Shown here piece after piece: positions 55,360-64,000 of a stretch of 64,000 bases of DNA. The stretch lies in the sequence record MT366760.1; one strand, given 5' to 3'. Numbering within the stretch: the first letter of the stretch is position 1; each line of letters begins with the position of its first letter. The notes under the pieces are model-generated. The model did no database searches, was not told the origin of the DNA, and saw nothing but the letters and a program-made list of their open reading frames with translations. Made by a program: the position numbers and the translations under genes.

Positions 55360-56511
55360 TTAGTTAAGAAGTAGAGTTACGTAGGTCGCTGTGTATTTCT
55401 CAGTAGCGTCCTGACACCAAATGATGTTTTCGTCCTTCACGTGGAAGTCGATTTTACCTTTTGATGAATAAGCGTTTAGACAGTCACTTAGCAAGTGTTG
55501 GTTAAGGATTAGAGTTGAACCCTTCTTACCCTTAACTTTCTCTACTGGCGGGTAATCGTTAACTTCACCGAAACCAGTCTTCAAGTGGAAGTGTACATCG
55601 TCTTTACCAAAGATCAGTTCACAACCAACACCCTCTTCGTGTACGGAGTTGATGTTGTCTAGTGTGATGTCTAAGTCATCCTGACCAATGGTGAATGATG
55701 CATCAGACTTCTTAGGTGATAGACTGGTACATAGACCGATAACGTCTTCGATTGTTTGCTCGCGGTCGTTGTCCTGAAGTAGTGGCATAACAATACGGAA
55801 GAAGTCATTGTGTGCACGGATAGTTGATGAACCTACAACGATGTCGTACGCTTCACCATCGGACAGATCGTTGATGGTGGTAAATGTAGAGAACGGTAAG
55901 TTGAACTCTAGCTTAGTGCTGAACTTCATATCACCATATTCACACAGTGAGATATGATAGTCATCGAACACGGCTGTACGTAGACCTTTCTTATCAGCTA
56001 CAACCCATAGGTCAAGTTCGTTACCCTCAAAGATATCCGTGATGCCTACTTTAGATACTGCATCTGAAATAGCAGTTTGCATCGCGTTGTCCAACTCAAG
56101 ATCGTTTTCTGAGTCTTCTTCTTTGAACGTAATTTCTTCCCCAGGGACTGCCATGAAGTTACCGTTGTATTTACGGTTGTTGTTAGCTTTCGATTCGAAG
56201 AACACTTGGGAATCGTCCACTTTCTTTTTCTTGCCTTCTGGCTCACCGAAAGTCAAACAAATCTCTTTACGTCCACGTAGCAATCCGTTAAGAACACCCG
56301 TATCAAAGCCGAATTCAGTTAGACCTGAACCTGATTCAATTGTACCAGTCAGCACAACTTCAATCGAAACTTCTTTACCGGTAGCTCGACATACCACTAC
56401 GGTAGTCTTCTTTTCTTTCTTCAATGCGATTACAGCATTGTTGTTACCTGTCAGGGCTTTCACAGTTTTAATTGCGGTGCCCAAGGATTTACTATCTAGT
56501 GTGATTTGCAC
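55360..56511 (-). CDS. beta-clamp (DnaN)-like sliding clamp
   Basis: 383 aa with a three-domain alternating beta/alpha pattern; D.YHI, FG...V.G and LN..LL.D.L resemble DnaN; near the polymerase gene. Confidence 0.6.
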   Translation of the reverse strand: MQITLDSKSLGTAIKTVKALTGNNNAVIALKKEKKTTVVVCRATGKEVSIEVVLTGTIESGSGLTEFGFDTGVLNGLLRGRKEICLTFGEPEGKKKKVDDSQVFFESKANNNRKYNGNFMAVPGEEITFKEEDSENDLELDNAMQTAISDAVSKVGITDIFEGNELDLWVVADKKGLRTAVFDDYHISLCEYGDMKFSTKLEFNLPFSTFTTINDLSDGEAYDIVVGSSTIRAHNDFFRIVMPLLQDNDREQTIEDVIGLCTSLSPKKSDASFTIGQDDLDITLDNINSVHEEGVGCELIFGKDDVHFHLKTGFGEVNDYPPVEKVKGKKGSTLILNQHLLSDCLNAYSSKGKIDFHVKDENIIWCQDATEKYTATYVTLLLN

Positions 56512-56544
56512 TACTAAGTCCTCTTAGTGTATGTTATAAGTTAT

Positions 56545-56551
56545 ATTTACA
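56545..56551 (-). promoter_or_regulatory. TGTAAAT box
   Basis: 34 nt upstream of the clamp gene. Confidence 0.5.
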
Positions 56552-56563
56552 GGAATCTATTGG

Positions 56564-57496
56564 TCAGGTATTCAGCTCATTTCCGAACAAATCGCAGTGG
56601 ATTCTTGGGGAATAGGAGAACCCGCGCTCCATTGCTAAGTCAGCTACCTTACGTTGGATAGCTGCTTGTTGGTCGGATGTTGCACCTACTGGCATGACGT
56701 ACATACGGCAATTTGTGTTCTTGGTGTTAAGACCACCCTTATCCGTATAAGCGAACATGAACTCTTCTGCTTCATCAAAGTCTTCTTCTAAAGGACGTAC
56801 TACGAACTTGAAACTAATCATGTTAGAGATCCACAGTTGTGCATCAATGACTTTAGGTCGTAGTGTACGGCTACGCTTTTCACCAGAGTGTGATAGTTTA
56901 GGTGAGTTAGACCAAAGTAGTTCTCGTTTGTCTCTATCAGAGGATAACCACGCACCCATCAACTTGCGGAATCTATCGTTGGGTGCAATGCTACCGTTGG
57001 TTTCGATAGTGATACGAGACGGTGCGTAACGCAAGTCACAAGTAGGAGAGAAACCCTCACCGTTCAATTCTAAGCTATCAATGTGATACAGTATATCCAA
57101 GATAGCGTCTTGCTGCATCATTGGTTCACCACCAGTAAAGCAGATGTGAATCGGCATACCGTTAATCATGAACCCGTGGGCGTTGGCAGGAAGTACTTCG
57201 ATAATCTTTTGGGCAATTTCTTCTGGATAGTCTCGCATAGCCAGATGTTTATAGTCGCGGTGCCAACTATAGCGGCTATCACAACCGAGACTGAAATCGT
57301 TACCGCTAAGCTCGCTAATATGCGTAACATCCTTAATAGGTATGTCACCGATTTGACCTTTTTCATTGTTAGAGAATCCGCTGCATGTGAAATTACAACC
57401 GAATAGACGGACGAAGATAGTTGGAACGCCCGTGTAAACGCCCTCACCCTGAATTGAGTAGAATATCTCAGTATAGGGTATCATCTTTGGTGCCAT
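56564..57496 (-). CDS. queE: 7-carboxy-7-deazaguanine synthase (radical SAM)
   Basis: EIFYSIQGEG..TGVPTIFVRLFGCNFTC...CDS, FTGGEP, IETNG, SPK and YSPRIH..LFG. Confidence 0.92.
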   Translation of the reverse strand: MAPKMIPYTEIFYSIQGEGVYTGVPTIFVRLFGCNFTCSGFSNNEKGQIGDIPIKDVTHISELSGNDFSLGCDSRYSWHRDYKHLAMRDYPEEIAQKIIEVLPANAHGFMINGMPIHICFTGGEPMMQQDAILDILYHIDSLELNGEGFSPTCDLRYAPSRITIETNGSIAPNDRFRKLMGAWLSSDRDKRELLWSNSPKLSHSGEKRSRTLRPKVIDAQLWISNMISFKFVVRPLEEDFDEAEEFMFAYTDKGGLNTKNTNCRMYVMPVGATSDQQAAIQRKVADLAMERGFSYSPRIHCDLFGNELNT

Positions 57497-57508
57497 AATA
57501 GTTTCCTC

Positions 57509-57536
57509 AAAGTGGGTAAATAACTATACCCACTTT
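57509..57536. promoter_or_regulatory. perfect 10-bp inverted repeat upstream of queE
   Basis: AAAGTGGGTA-8 nt-TACCCACTTT, overlapping a TGTAAAG variant box and abutting the queE SD. Confidence 0.55.
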
Positions 57537-57542
57537 ACAAGA

Positions 57543-60500
57543 TTAAGCAGCTTGGTTGATAAACACAGATTCGTCGTACTGGTCAAAGTTTAATGGGAAC
57601 CTCTCATCCAGTTTTAGAACCTTACGTTGCTCGTGATATGAATCATACATATCATCCAAGATTTGCTCGATGTTTTCGTCCTTATTGTGAATGCGCATGT
57701 GCTCTTCTAACGCACCACGAACGATACCACGCAACTCACGAGGGTTGAAATCCCAACCTTCGATGTTGTGCCAACCTGCGCCGATATCGTAGTCCACGTT
57801 CAATGGACAACCTAGCTTCATACCAAACACTTCACCTAAGTATTCTTCAACGCCAGTTGTCATAGCCCATTCCATCAGGTGCATAGTTAAGAACAAGTAC
57901 TTGAACTTAGCTTCTGTCTTAATCGAGTCGTGTACCATTACGTTCGGACCTGTTGGCATTTCACTCAGGGTATCCCAATCACCTAGTTCATCTAGACACT
58001 CATACATGATACGTGCAAAGATGTCAGCAGCATCAAACGAAATGTCAGACGCCATACCCTGAATAGGTGAGTTCTGTGCACGACGTTCCATAGCAGCCAC
58101 CATCGCACCCACTTCTGCCATGTAGCCGAATAAGTTACGCTTGCGTCCCAATGGAGAGAACGTGTATAAGTGTTCTTTGGAGAATGACTTAGTCCAATCC
58201 AACCATTTCTTAAGCGTACTAAACTTCTTGAAGAAAGCTTGTAGGATGTCGTCAGCATCTTTCTTGTCTTTGCCGATGTCACGTGCGATTGAACTCGGAC
58301 CTTTACCATAGAAAGCACCAAACACGATACCCTTAGAAATTTGACGTAGTGCTTTAGCTTCTACTTGACCCTCTTTACTTCTATTCAAGTCTACCCAATC
58401 TTCGATAGGCATACCAGTAAAGAACGAGTAGTTCATTTTGTGTGAGTCACCCTTAGTCAGTAACGCTTCTAAGTTTTCTTTAGAAGGATAACGACGGTAC
58501 TCAACAATGATGTCATGGATCTTACGGAAACCGCTTAGTAGACCGTCATCGTTTGAGATGAACCCGCCACCACGAACCTCATGCGACGAATAGTCCACAT
58601 CAATACATAGTGAACCATATGGTGAGATGAACATACGCTTAACGTACTTAGCTTCTGCGGAGTGAACTGGTATCTGCTGAAGCGATGGTTTGAACGAGTT
58701 AGAACGTCCAGTAACAACGTCCTTATAACCGAATCCAGGGCGCAAGCGGTGGTCATCGTGTGAATCTAAGTTGTTCTGTAAGTGTTGGTACATTGTGTCA
58801 ATGAAAGCGGACTTCAGTTTCTTGAGCTTTTCTATTTGCTCGAAGATAGCCACTTCCTTAACTTCGTCTTTGTACGTATTCTTAAATTCTTTACCAACTG
58901 ATGCATTACCATCCTTACCAATTGTGGTTGGTTCCAAACCCAACACGTCAAAGAACAGCATCTGTTGCGAATCAGATTTAGCGATATCAAATAGGGTTGC
59001 GCCTTTACCCGACTTACCGAATAGACTGTTTTTAGGAACACCACGAGCTTCCTTAAGTCGAGTCTCACATTTCTTAACTGACTTACAATTGTAGAGTTCA
59101 GTCATCTGTTCGTCAATCATATGGGTGATTTTACTATCAGGTCCCATAAGTTCAACTAGGTACGGTACATCTAGCTTAACACCACGAGTAGACATACGAC
59201 TCATAACCTTAACGATGTTGGACATTTGACCCAACATAAGGTTCTTGTAGAACGGTGTGTACTTGGCAGACGCTTGGCGACCGAAAGTCTGATAGGATGA
59301 TTGCTCGATTTGCTTCTCATGGATAGCTAATACCGATATTGCATCCATACAACCGTATTCAACAACGGCAGGACTCAAGTCCATCTTACCAATGTTCACA
59401 CGGTCAGCTTTCTTGAACTCCGCTGAGTAGTAGTGGTAGTTCTCATAGGAAGCAAAGATGGTGTCCAATGCATATGGCTTGTTACCATAGGACTGCAATG
59501 CCTTAAGGTTTTCATCCAAACAGTATTCACCCGCAATAGTATCCCATACAGGCCAATATGTGTAGGGTACATTGCACCATGTTGTTAGTACGCGTAGGTC
59601 GAAACCATAGTTCTGACCGAGCATATAACGACATCGTTTGTTCTTAGGATGATAAGCTACGTCACGTCGCATAAAGAGTTCACGGAAACGTAGACGGATG
59701 TGTTCAACTTCTTTAGCGTTAAACGGACTATCCTTATGGAGTACCGGAATGAAATGAGCCTCTTTAGTATCCATTGCTACTTGAATACACCAGATACGGT
59801 TGTTGTTGTGGCTCAAGTTTTCCGTCTCGATATCTATGGATAATCGGTCAGCTTTATCCATCATCTTATCCATAAGCTTATCAAACTTCTTGATGGAATC
59901 GACGTAGTTAGTTTTGAACTTTAGACCTTTAAGTGAGAACGGGTTGCGTCCTAGGATACAGTTGCGAATGTTGCGGGATGCATAACCTAGGATGTTCGCC
60001 ATGGTTACGGCATCATCGTCTAAGTCTTCCGAGTCATCCTTACGAGGAGTGAACGCAGGGTCATAAGTGATAGTTGAGAACAGCGTGCACTTGTGTTTCT
60101 TAGTCTTAAGCTTGTGGGGGTTACCACGCTTAGACCTTAAGTAGTTGTCGTCAACTTCTAGGATAGCTTTGGTAGCTGCGTCACCAATAACCAATACTTT
60201 ATCGGGTTTCAATTGGTCTACGAGCGATCTGACGCGCTTAGCGCTATGCTTTGCAGCAAACGCCAACTGGTCATCACTCAGGTTGCGGATATCAAAGAGG
60301 TCGAAGTTAATAATTGCGTAGGAAGGTTTAACTACGGAATCTTCAATGGTCTTAGCTTGCTCAAAGGCATAACCGATTATGTTACTGAAAACCTTCTTAG
60401 CTGTTTCGTCACCGAGTAGTCTGCCGTAAGCGTCTTCGCGTAGATCTCGGAAGTTTACGTTACCCATGACAACTAAGATTTTGTTTTTGGATTTCTTATA

Positions 60501-60599
60501 TGATGTCTCAATCGGAATAGACAAGTCATAGGGCTTACTCACATTAAGTGCCTTATGGGGTGTATTCTGGAAATTGAGATAGTCTAGTCTACCTAACAT
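57543..60599 (-). CDS. polA: family A DNA polymerase with N-terminal UDG-like domain and 3'-5' exonuclease
   Basis: DIET, N.GFD and YGCMD (Exo I-III); TGRS..PSLQQIP, DYSSHEVR (A), RQISKG.VFGAFYG (B) and VHDS (C); N-terminal LKPDKVLVIGD.A...HP-like TYDPAF. Confidence 0.92.
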   Translation of the reverse strand: MLGRLDYLNFQNTPHKALNVSKPYDLSIPIETSYKKSKNKILVVMGNVNFRDLREDAYGRLLGDETAKKVFSNIIGYAFEQAKTIEDSVVKPSYAIINFDLFDIRNLSDDQLAFAAKHSAKRVRSLVDQLKPDKVLVIGDAATKAILEVDDNYLRSKRGNPHKLKTKKHKCTLFSTITYDPAFTPRKDDSEDLDDDAVTMANILGYASRNIRNCILGRNPFSLKGLKFKTNYVDSIKKFDKLMDKMMDKADRLSIDIETENLSHNNNRIWCIQVAMDTKEAHFIPVLHKDSPFNAKEVEHIRLRFRELFMRRDVAYHPKNKRCRYMLGQNYGFDLRVLTTWCNVPYTYWPVWDTIAGEYCLDENLKALQSYGNKPYALDTIFASYENYHYYSAEFKKADRVNIGKMDLSPAVVEYGCMDAISVLAIHEKQIEQSSYQTFGRQASAKYTPFYKNLMLGQMSNIVKVMSRMSTRGVKLDVPYLVELMGPDSKITHMIDEQMTELYNCKSVKKCETRLKEARGVPKNSLFGKSGKGATLFDIAKSDSQQMLFFDVLGLEPTTIGKDGNASVGKEFKNTYKDEVKEVAIFEQIEKLKKLKSAFIDTMYQHLQNNLDSHDDHRLRPGFGYKDVVTGRSNSFKPSLQQIPVHSAEAKYVKRMFISPYGSLCIDVDYSSHEVRGGGFISNDDGLLSGFRKIHDIIVEYRRYPSKENLEALLTKGDSHKMNYSFFTGMPIEDWVDLNRSKEGQVEAKALRQISKGIVFGAFYGKGPSSIARDIGKDKKDADDILQAFFKKFSTLKKWLDWTKSFSKEHLYTFSPLGRKRNLFGYMAEVGAMVAAMERRAQNSPIQGMASDISFDAADIFARIMYECLDELGDWDTLSEMPTGPNVMVHDSIKTEAKFKYLFLTMHLMEWAMTTGVEEYLGEVFGMKLGCPLNVDYDIGAGWHNIEGWDFNPRELRGIVRGALEEHMRIHNKDENIEQILDDMYDSYHEQRKVLKLDERFPLNFDQYDESVFINQAA

Positions 60600-60637
60600 A
60601 CATGCCCTTATATTTCGGATGCTTATTTTCACGTATA

Positions 60638-60644
60638 ATTTACA
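60638..60644 (-). promoter_or_regulatory. TGTAAAT box
   Basis: Abuts a terminator; 39 nt upstream of the polA start. Confidence 0.5.
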
Positions 60645-60646
60645 GA

Positions 60647-60678
60647 TAAAAATAGGCAGCACGTGGGCTACCTATTTA
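60647..60678 (-). terminator. intrinsic terminator
   Basis: AATAGGTAGC-CCACGT-GCTGCCTATT-TTT. Confidence 0.7.
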
Positions 60679-60689
60679 TCTTGGGCAAC

Positions 60690-61190
60690 TTATTTTTTAG
60701 TCTTAGGTTGCTTAGGCTGTTTAGGTTTCTTTTCCTTCACAGCTTTCTTTTCCTTAGACTCGGCAGCTTCGGCTTTCTTCTTAGCAGCAGCTTTCTCTTC
60801 AGCTTTACGCTTAGCCTTTTCTTCTGCTTTCTTCTTAGCTTTGTCTTCAGCACGTTTCTTAGCGGCTGCTTCTTCTTCCGCTTTACGTTTTGCTTCATCT
60901 TCAGCTTTAAGTTTAGCAGCCGCAGCAGCGTCTTCTTCAGCTTGCTTGTTCGCTTCCTTTTCATCCGCGTTTGATAACTCCACTTCACCTAGAATCTTGT
61001 CCACGAGTTCGGTGTGGTTAAGATCTAGTTGTGGTTCAGCGCGGAGAATACCACGAGCGTCAGCATAAGCTAGCCATGCCTGCTGAGTTTTAATATCCCA
61101 GTCACCTTCTGAATAGTCGTTAGCTTGGAGGAAACCAAGTTTGACTAAAGCACTTTGGATAAGGGATAATAGTTTAGTACGTGTATTCAT
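60690..61190 (-). CDS. peptidoglycan-binding-like N-terminal domain plus Lys/Ala/Glu low-complexity tail
   Basis: IQSALVKLGFL...GDWDIKTQQAW resembles PG_binding_1; repeats such as AKRKAEEEAAAKK. Confidence 0.55.
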   Translation of the reverse strand: MNTRTKLLSLIQSALVKLGFLQANDYSEGDWDIKTQQAWLAYADARGILRAEPQLDLNHTELVDKILGEVELSNADEKEANKQAEEDAAAAAKLKAEDEAKRKAEEEAAAKKRAEDKAKKKAEEKAKRKAEEKAAAKKKAEAAESKEKKAVKEKKPKQPKQPKTKK

Positions 61191-61238
61191 TTAGACAACT
61201 CTCTATATAGAGGGTGGGGCGAACCCCACCGTTAGCTA

Positions 61239-64000
61239 TTATTTTTTACGAGGTTTAGGCTTTGTTTCTTTCTTAGGTTTAAGCAGTTTGACTTCACCTA
61301 GTTCTTCTAATGCGTCATCCAAGTTCGGGATTTCGATACCTTCTTTTTGGATTGCTTTGAACAACTCTTTGACGTCTTTCTTCTTGTTAGCTAAGAATAC
61401 CCATTCCCCATCAGGATTGCGTTCCCATCTAACTGTAGGCACCTTGATGCTACGGTTGACGGCTTTAGCTGAAGGTTGTTTCTCAAGTGAGAACGTGATG
61501 TATAAGTCACCTTCGTTTACGATTGGGTACGGACGTAGTTCACCTTTAGGAACTGGTCTGCGTTTGTCAGCGTGGAACTGGCGCATTTCAACCTTAGTAG
61601 CTGCATTCACGTTGAGCAAACGACGTTTACCCTCTTTGAATGTTTCTTGCAGGTTGTACAGTGCTTCCATGTAACGTGGCTTGACATCATACTTACCTTC
61701 TAACGCATCAATGAAGCGAGTCATTGCACGGTAGGTCGGGATGTATGCATCAATGTAGCCACCTGTGTGACGGAAACCAAGTTTCTTAAGTTTAGATGAA
61801 CCTAACTCAACGATGTCCGGTTCAGAATCATCAAACGACACAGCAATCATATTGTTGAGGACGTAGACTGAACAGTTCATCTTGAAGTTCTGAACGTTAT
61901 CCGATTTAGGAGCACGCTTAGGTTTGCTAGGTGCTTTCAGTGGCGGTGGTGGTGTTTCACCTTTGTCGTCTTCTGCACCATCATCCGTTTCGTCGATAGC
62001 TTCATCTTGAGTTTCTTCAACATCTTCTTCATCAACGTCGAATGGGTCGATGGATACAACACCTAGTTCAAGTATTTCAGCTAAGCGCTCTTTGACTGGA
62101 CGTGTATCAGATGATTCAATGATGAAAGTAGCTAGCTTGGATACGGATACCTTACCACCGATGTCTAGTTCAACGTTCACACGGTGTTTAGAACCTGACG
62201 TTACGATACCGTCACCGTATTCTGTATGAACTCGCATACCTTTCATGTCCAAGTTTTCAACTTCTAAACCTGCATCCGACAAGTAGTCATTTAGCGGGAT
62301 GATGCCGAGCTCTTGGGTATATGGTAGTTGCATGTTGTCGATGTAAGGAACATCCATTAGAGCTGAACCTGGAAGCATACCCGCACTCGGTACTGGAACT
62401 GGTTCAGTCGGACCTTTATATGCAGTAGCCCAGTTAGCGTAGTCTTGCTTACGAGCACGCGCCACATCTTGGTACGCTTCTAAGTATTCCCAAAGTGACC
62501 CAGGTTCGTCAGCGGAACCAAACTCGTTATCTTCTAAGATGCTGTTAAGCGTCATCGAAACAAGTTCTAGGTTAGGAATATCAGCGTAGAGCGGGTTGTT
62601 CTCTTCATTGAAACGGGTAGTGTCTAGGAGCTTACTAATTAAGCGACCACATTTAGTAACGTCGATAGTACCATCACAAATTAACCAGTCGAAGAATATG
62701 TTGGTACGCTTCTCGAATAGTTGTTTAGGGTCTGGACGGTTCAAACGTGATGCAGCCTGTTCCAAGTCACCAGGGTTCCAAATGTTTTCAATACGAATCA
62801 GGCGGTTAACGAACTGGAAGTTGTGACCAGTGTTAAGCGACATTTCTGTACCGATTAAGTAACGGTAGTTGTTGTCTCTTTCGAAACGCTTAGTAGCTTT
62901 CACGCCGTCTGCTGCGTAGTACAGCATGGTCTTTTCTTTGATTTCCGGTGGTAGTGCGTTGTAGATTGATTCAGCCGACTTAATGTAGGACGTGAATATC
63001 AGTACTTTACCGCTCTGAGCACCGTGTTCATTACCGGATAAGTCAGTGTAACCAGATTCGTGGTTGCGAAGAATCTCGATAACCTTCTTAGCTTTAGGTG
63101 ATACTAAGTCGTCACCTTGAAGTAACGTTTCACCCAACTCATCTGTATCTGGGGCAGCTAGGAACTTCTCAAGACGTTGCAAGTATGGACGTAGCATCAT
63201 CTCGATAGCAGCGGAGTCTTCTTCGTTACCCGCTTTAAGCTTAGCCATCAACTGAGGGTTGTTCTTGATTTCTTCAATCGCTTTTTCTAATAGCGACTGA
63301 TAAACGTCTCGTTGTGCACGGGATAAATCAAGACGGTGGAACTCTTCCGTTGCGGGTGGTAGTAGTGCTGCCCATTCCTTACGGGAAATACGGATGAAGT
63401 TAGAATGTTCACGAACCTTCTCTGACACTTTAGGTACAGCGTCATCATGCCAACGAACAACCTTACCACGGTCAACTTCGGCAGCGTATTCTTCGATGAA
63501 TGCTTTTTGCGAACCAAAGACCGTTGGGTCAAGTTGTGCGAATTGTCCCGCAGCATCTTGCAACATACCATGAATGAATGTACCTGTTGCAATACGACGT
63601 TTGTCGATGTCTGCTGTTAGACGACCAACGAAAGAACTACGTTTTGAACCAGTGTTCTTAAGTAAGTGCGATTCATCGCCTGATACGTAAATCCAATCGA
63701 ATTGGCGCATAAACTCACAGTTCAGAGACATATCAACAGTAGTGTTACCATAAGCGAAGTTGACAGGTTTGTTACGCATGAAGTCGAACTCTGAAATGAC
63801 TAGAGTGTTGACCGGAGCCTTCTCAATCATTTCGGCTAGCTTCTCTTCACCGTATTGGTTCATCGTCTTAGTGTTAACAACAATGATGTTGACTTTACCT
63901 TGCGTCATGAAGATTGTGTCTTCGACGTAGTTCTTAATCAAGTTGTTTGGACACATCAGAAGTGGTCTACGCTTACCACCAAGTTTTTTATCTTGGAATA
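61239..64000 (-). CDS. SNF2/SWI2-like helicase, 5'-partial
   Basis: GDESH, IATGT, KVLIF, G.NFQ...LI..ENIWNPGDLEQA.SRL.R; the frame stays open to base 64000. Confidence 0.85.
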   Translation of the reverse strand, partial: FQDKKLGGKRRPLLMCPNNLIKNYVEDTIFMTQGKVNIIVVNTKTMNQYGEEKLAEMIEKAPVNTLVISEFDFMRNKPVNFAYGNTTVDMSLNCEFMRQFDWIYVSGDESHLLKNTGSKRSSFVGRLTADIDKRRIATGTFIHGMLQDAAGQFAQLDPTVFGSQKAFIEEYAAEVDRGKVVRWHDDAVPKVSEKVREHSNFIRISRKEWAALLPPATEEFHRLDLSRAQRDVYQSLLEKAIEEIKNNPQLMAKLKAGNEEDSAAIEMMLRPYLQRLEKFLAAPDTDELGETLLQGDDLVSPKAKKVIEILRNHESGYTDLSGNEHGAQSGKVLIFTSYIKSAESIYNALPPEIKEKTMLYYAADGVKATKRFERDNNYRYLIGTEMSLNTGHNFQFVNRLIRIENIWNPGDLEQAASRLNRPDPKQLFEKRTNIFFDWLICDGTIDVTKCGRLISKLLDTTRFNEENNPLYADIPNLELVSMTLNSILEDNEFGSADEPGSLWEYLEAYQDVARARKQDYANWATAYKGPTEPVPVPSAGMLPGSALMDVPYIDNMQLPYTQELGIIPLNDYLSDAGLEVENLDMKGMRVHTEYGDGIVTSGSKHRVNVELDIGGKVSVSKLATFIIESSDTRPVKERLAEILELGVVSIDPFDVDEEDVEETQDEAIDETDDGAEDDKGETPPPPLKAPSKPKRAPKSDNVQNFKMNCSVYVLNNMIAVSFDDSEPDIVELGSSKLKKLGFRHTGGYIDAYIPTYRAMTRFIDALEGKYDVKPRYMEALYNLQETFKEGKRRLLNVNAATKVEMRQFHADKRRPVPKGELRPYPIVNEGDLYITFSLEKQPSAKAVNRSIKVPTVRWERNPDGEWVFLANKKKDVKELFKAIQKEGIEIPNLDDALEELGEVKLLKPKKETKPKPRKK

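Noticed and set aside
38-62826. Plus-strand ORFs in the track (for example 14670..15152, 33312..33854, 56039..56527, 61288..61674) and short nested minus-strand ORFs
   Set aside because: They overlap longer minus-strand genes with recognisable motifs, lack SD sites and show the Ser-rich composition typical of antisense frames.
1-64000. tRNA, rRNA, integrase or transposase genes
   Set aside because: No T-loop or cloverleaf signature, rRNA-like tract or recombinase motif was seen by eye; tRNAscan-SE and profile searches would be needed to exclude them fully.

Overview
This is a 64 kb segment of a large dsDNA phage genome, probably a lytic myovirus of a gammaproteobacterial, possibly Vibrio-like, host (host and morphology are inferred). 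It is gene-dense and essentially every real gene is on the minus strand. The plus-strand ORFs in the track are antisense shadows. About 41-64 kb holds the replication and packaging core: SNF2-type helicase (partial), family A DNA polymerase with an N-terminal UDG-like domain, QueE, beta-clamp-like protein, FolE, UvsY-like protein, intein-containing UvsW-like helicase, DnaB, large terminase, portal and prohead protease. About 22-29 kb holds nucleotide metabolism genes (thyA, nrdG, nrdD, a two-domain QueD) and a J-domain protein. The rest is accessory: MazG, a protein-kinase-like ORF, two paralogous SAM methyltransferases, an SGNH esterase, a SleB-type hydrolase, a YadA-like autotransporter, HTH proteins and many hypotheticals. 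Non-coding structure is rich: six host sigma70 promoters, a recurrent TGTAAAT box 26-50 nt upstream of starts, many intrinsic terminators, a 53-bp tandem repeat and a twice-repeated inverted-repeat element. The most notable signal is ten covarying RNA hairpins (lower stem, CA/GA internal loop, 10-bp upper stem with invariant U.G), usually placed immediately after stop codons in sigma70-driven operons. They resemble T7-type RNase III processing sites. All family assignments come from motif recognition by eye; no database searches were run.
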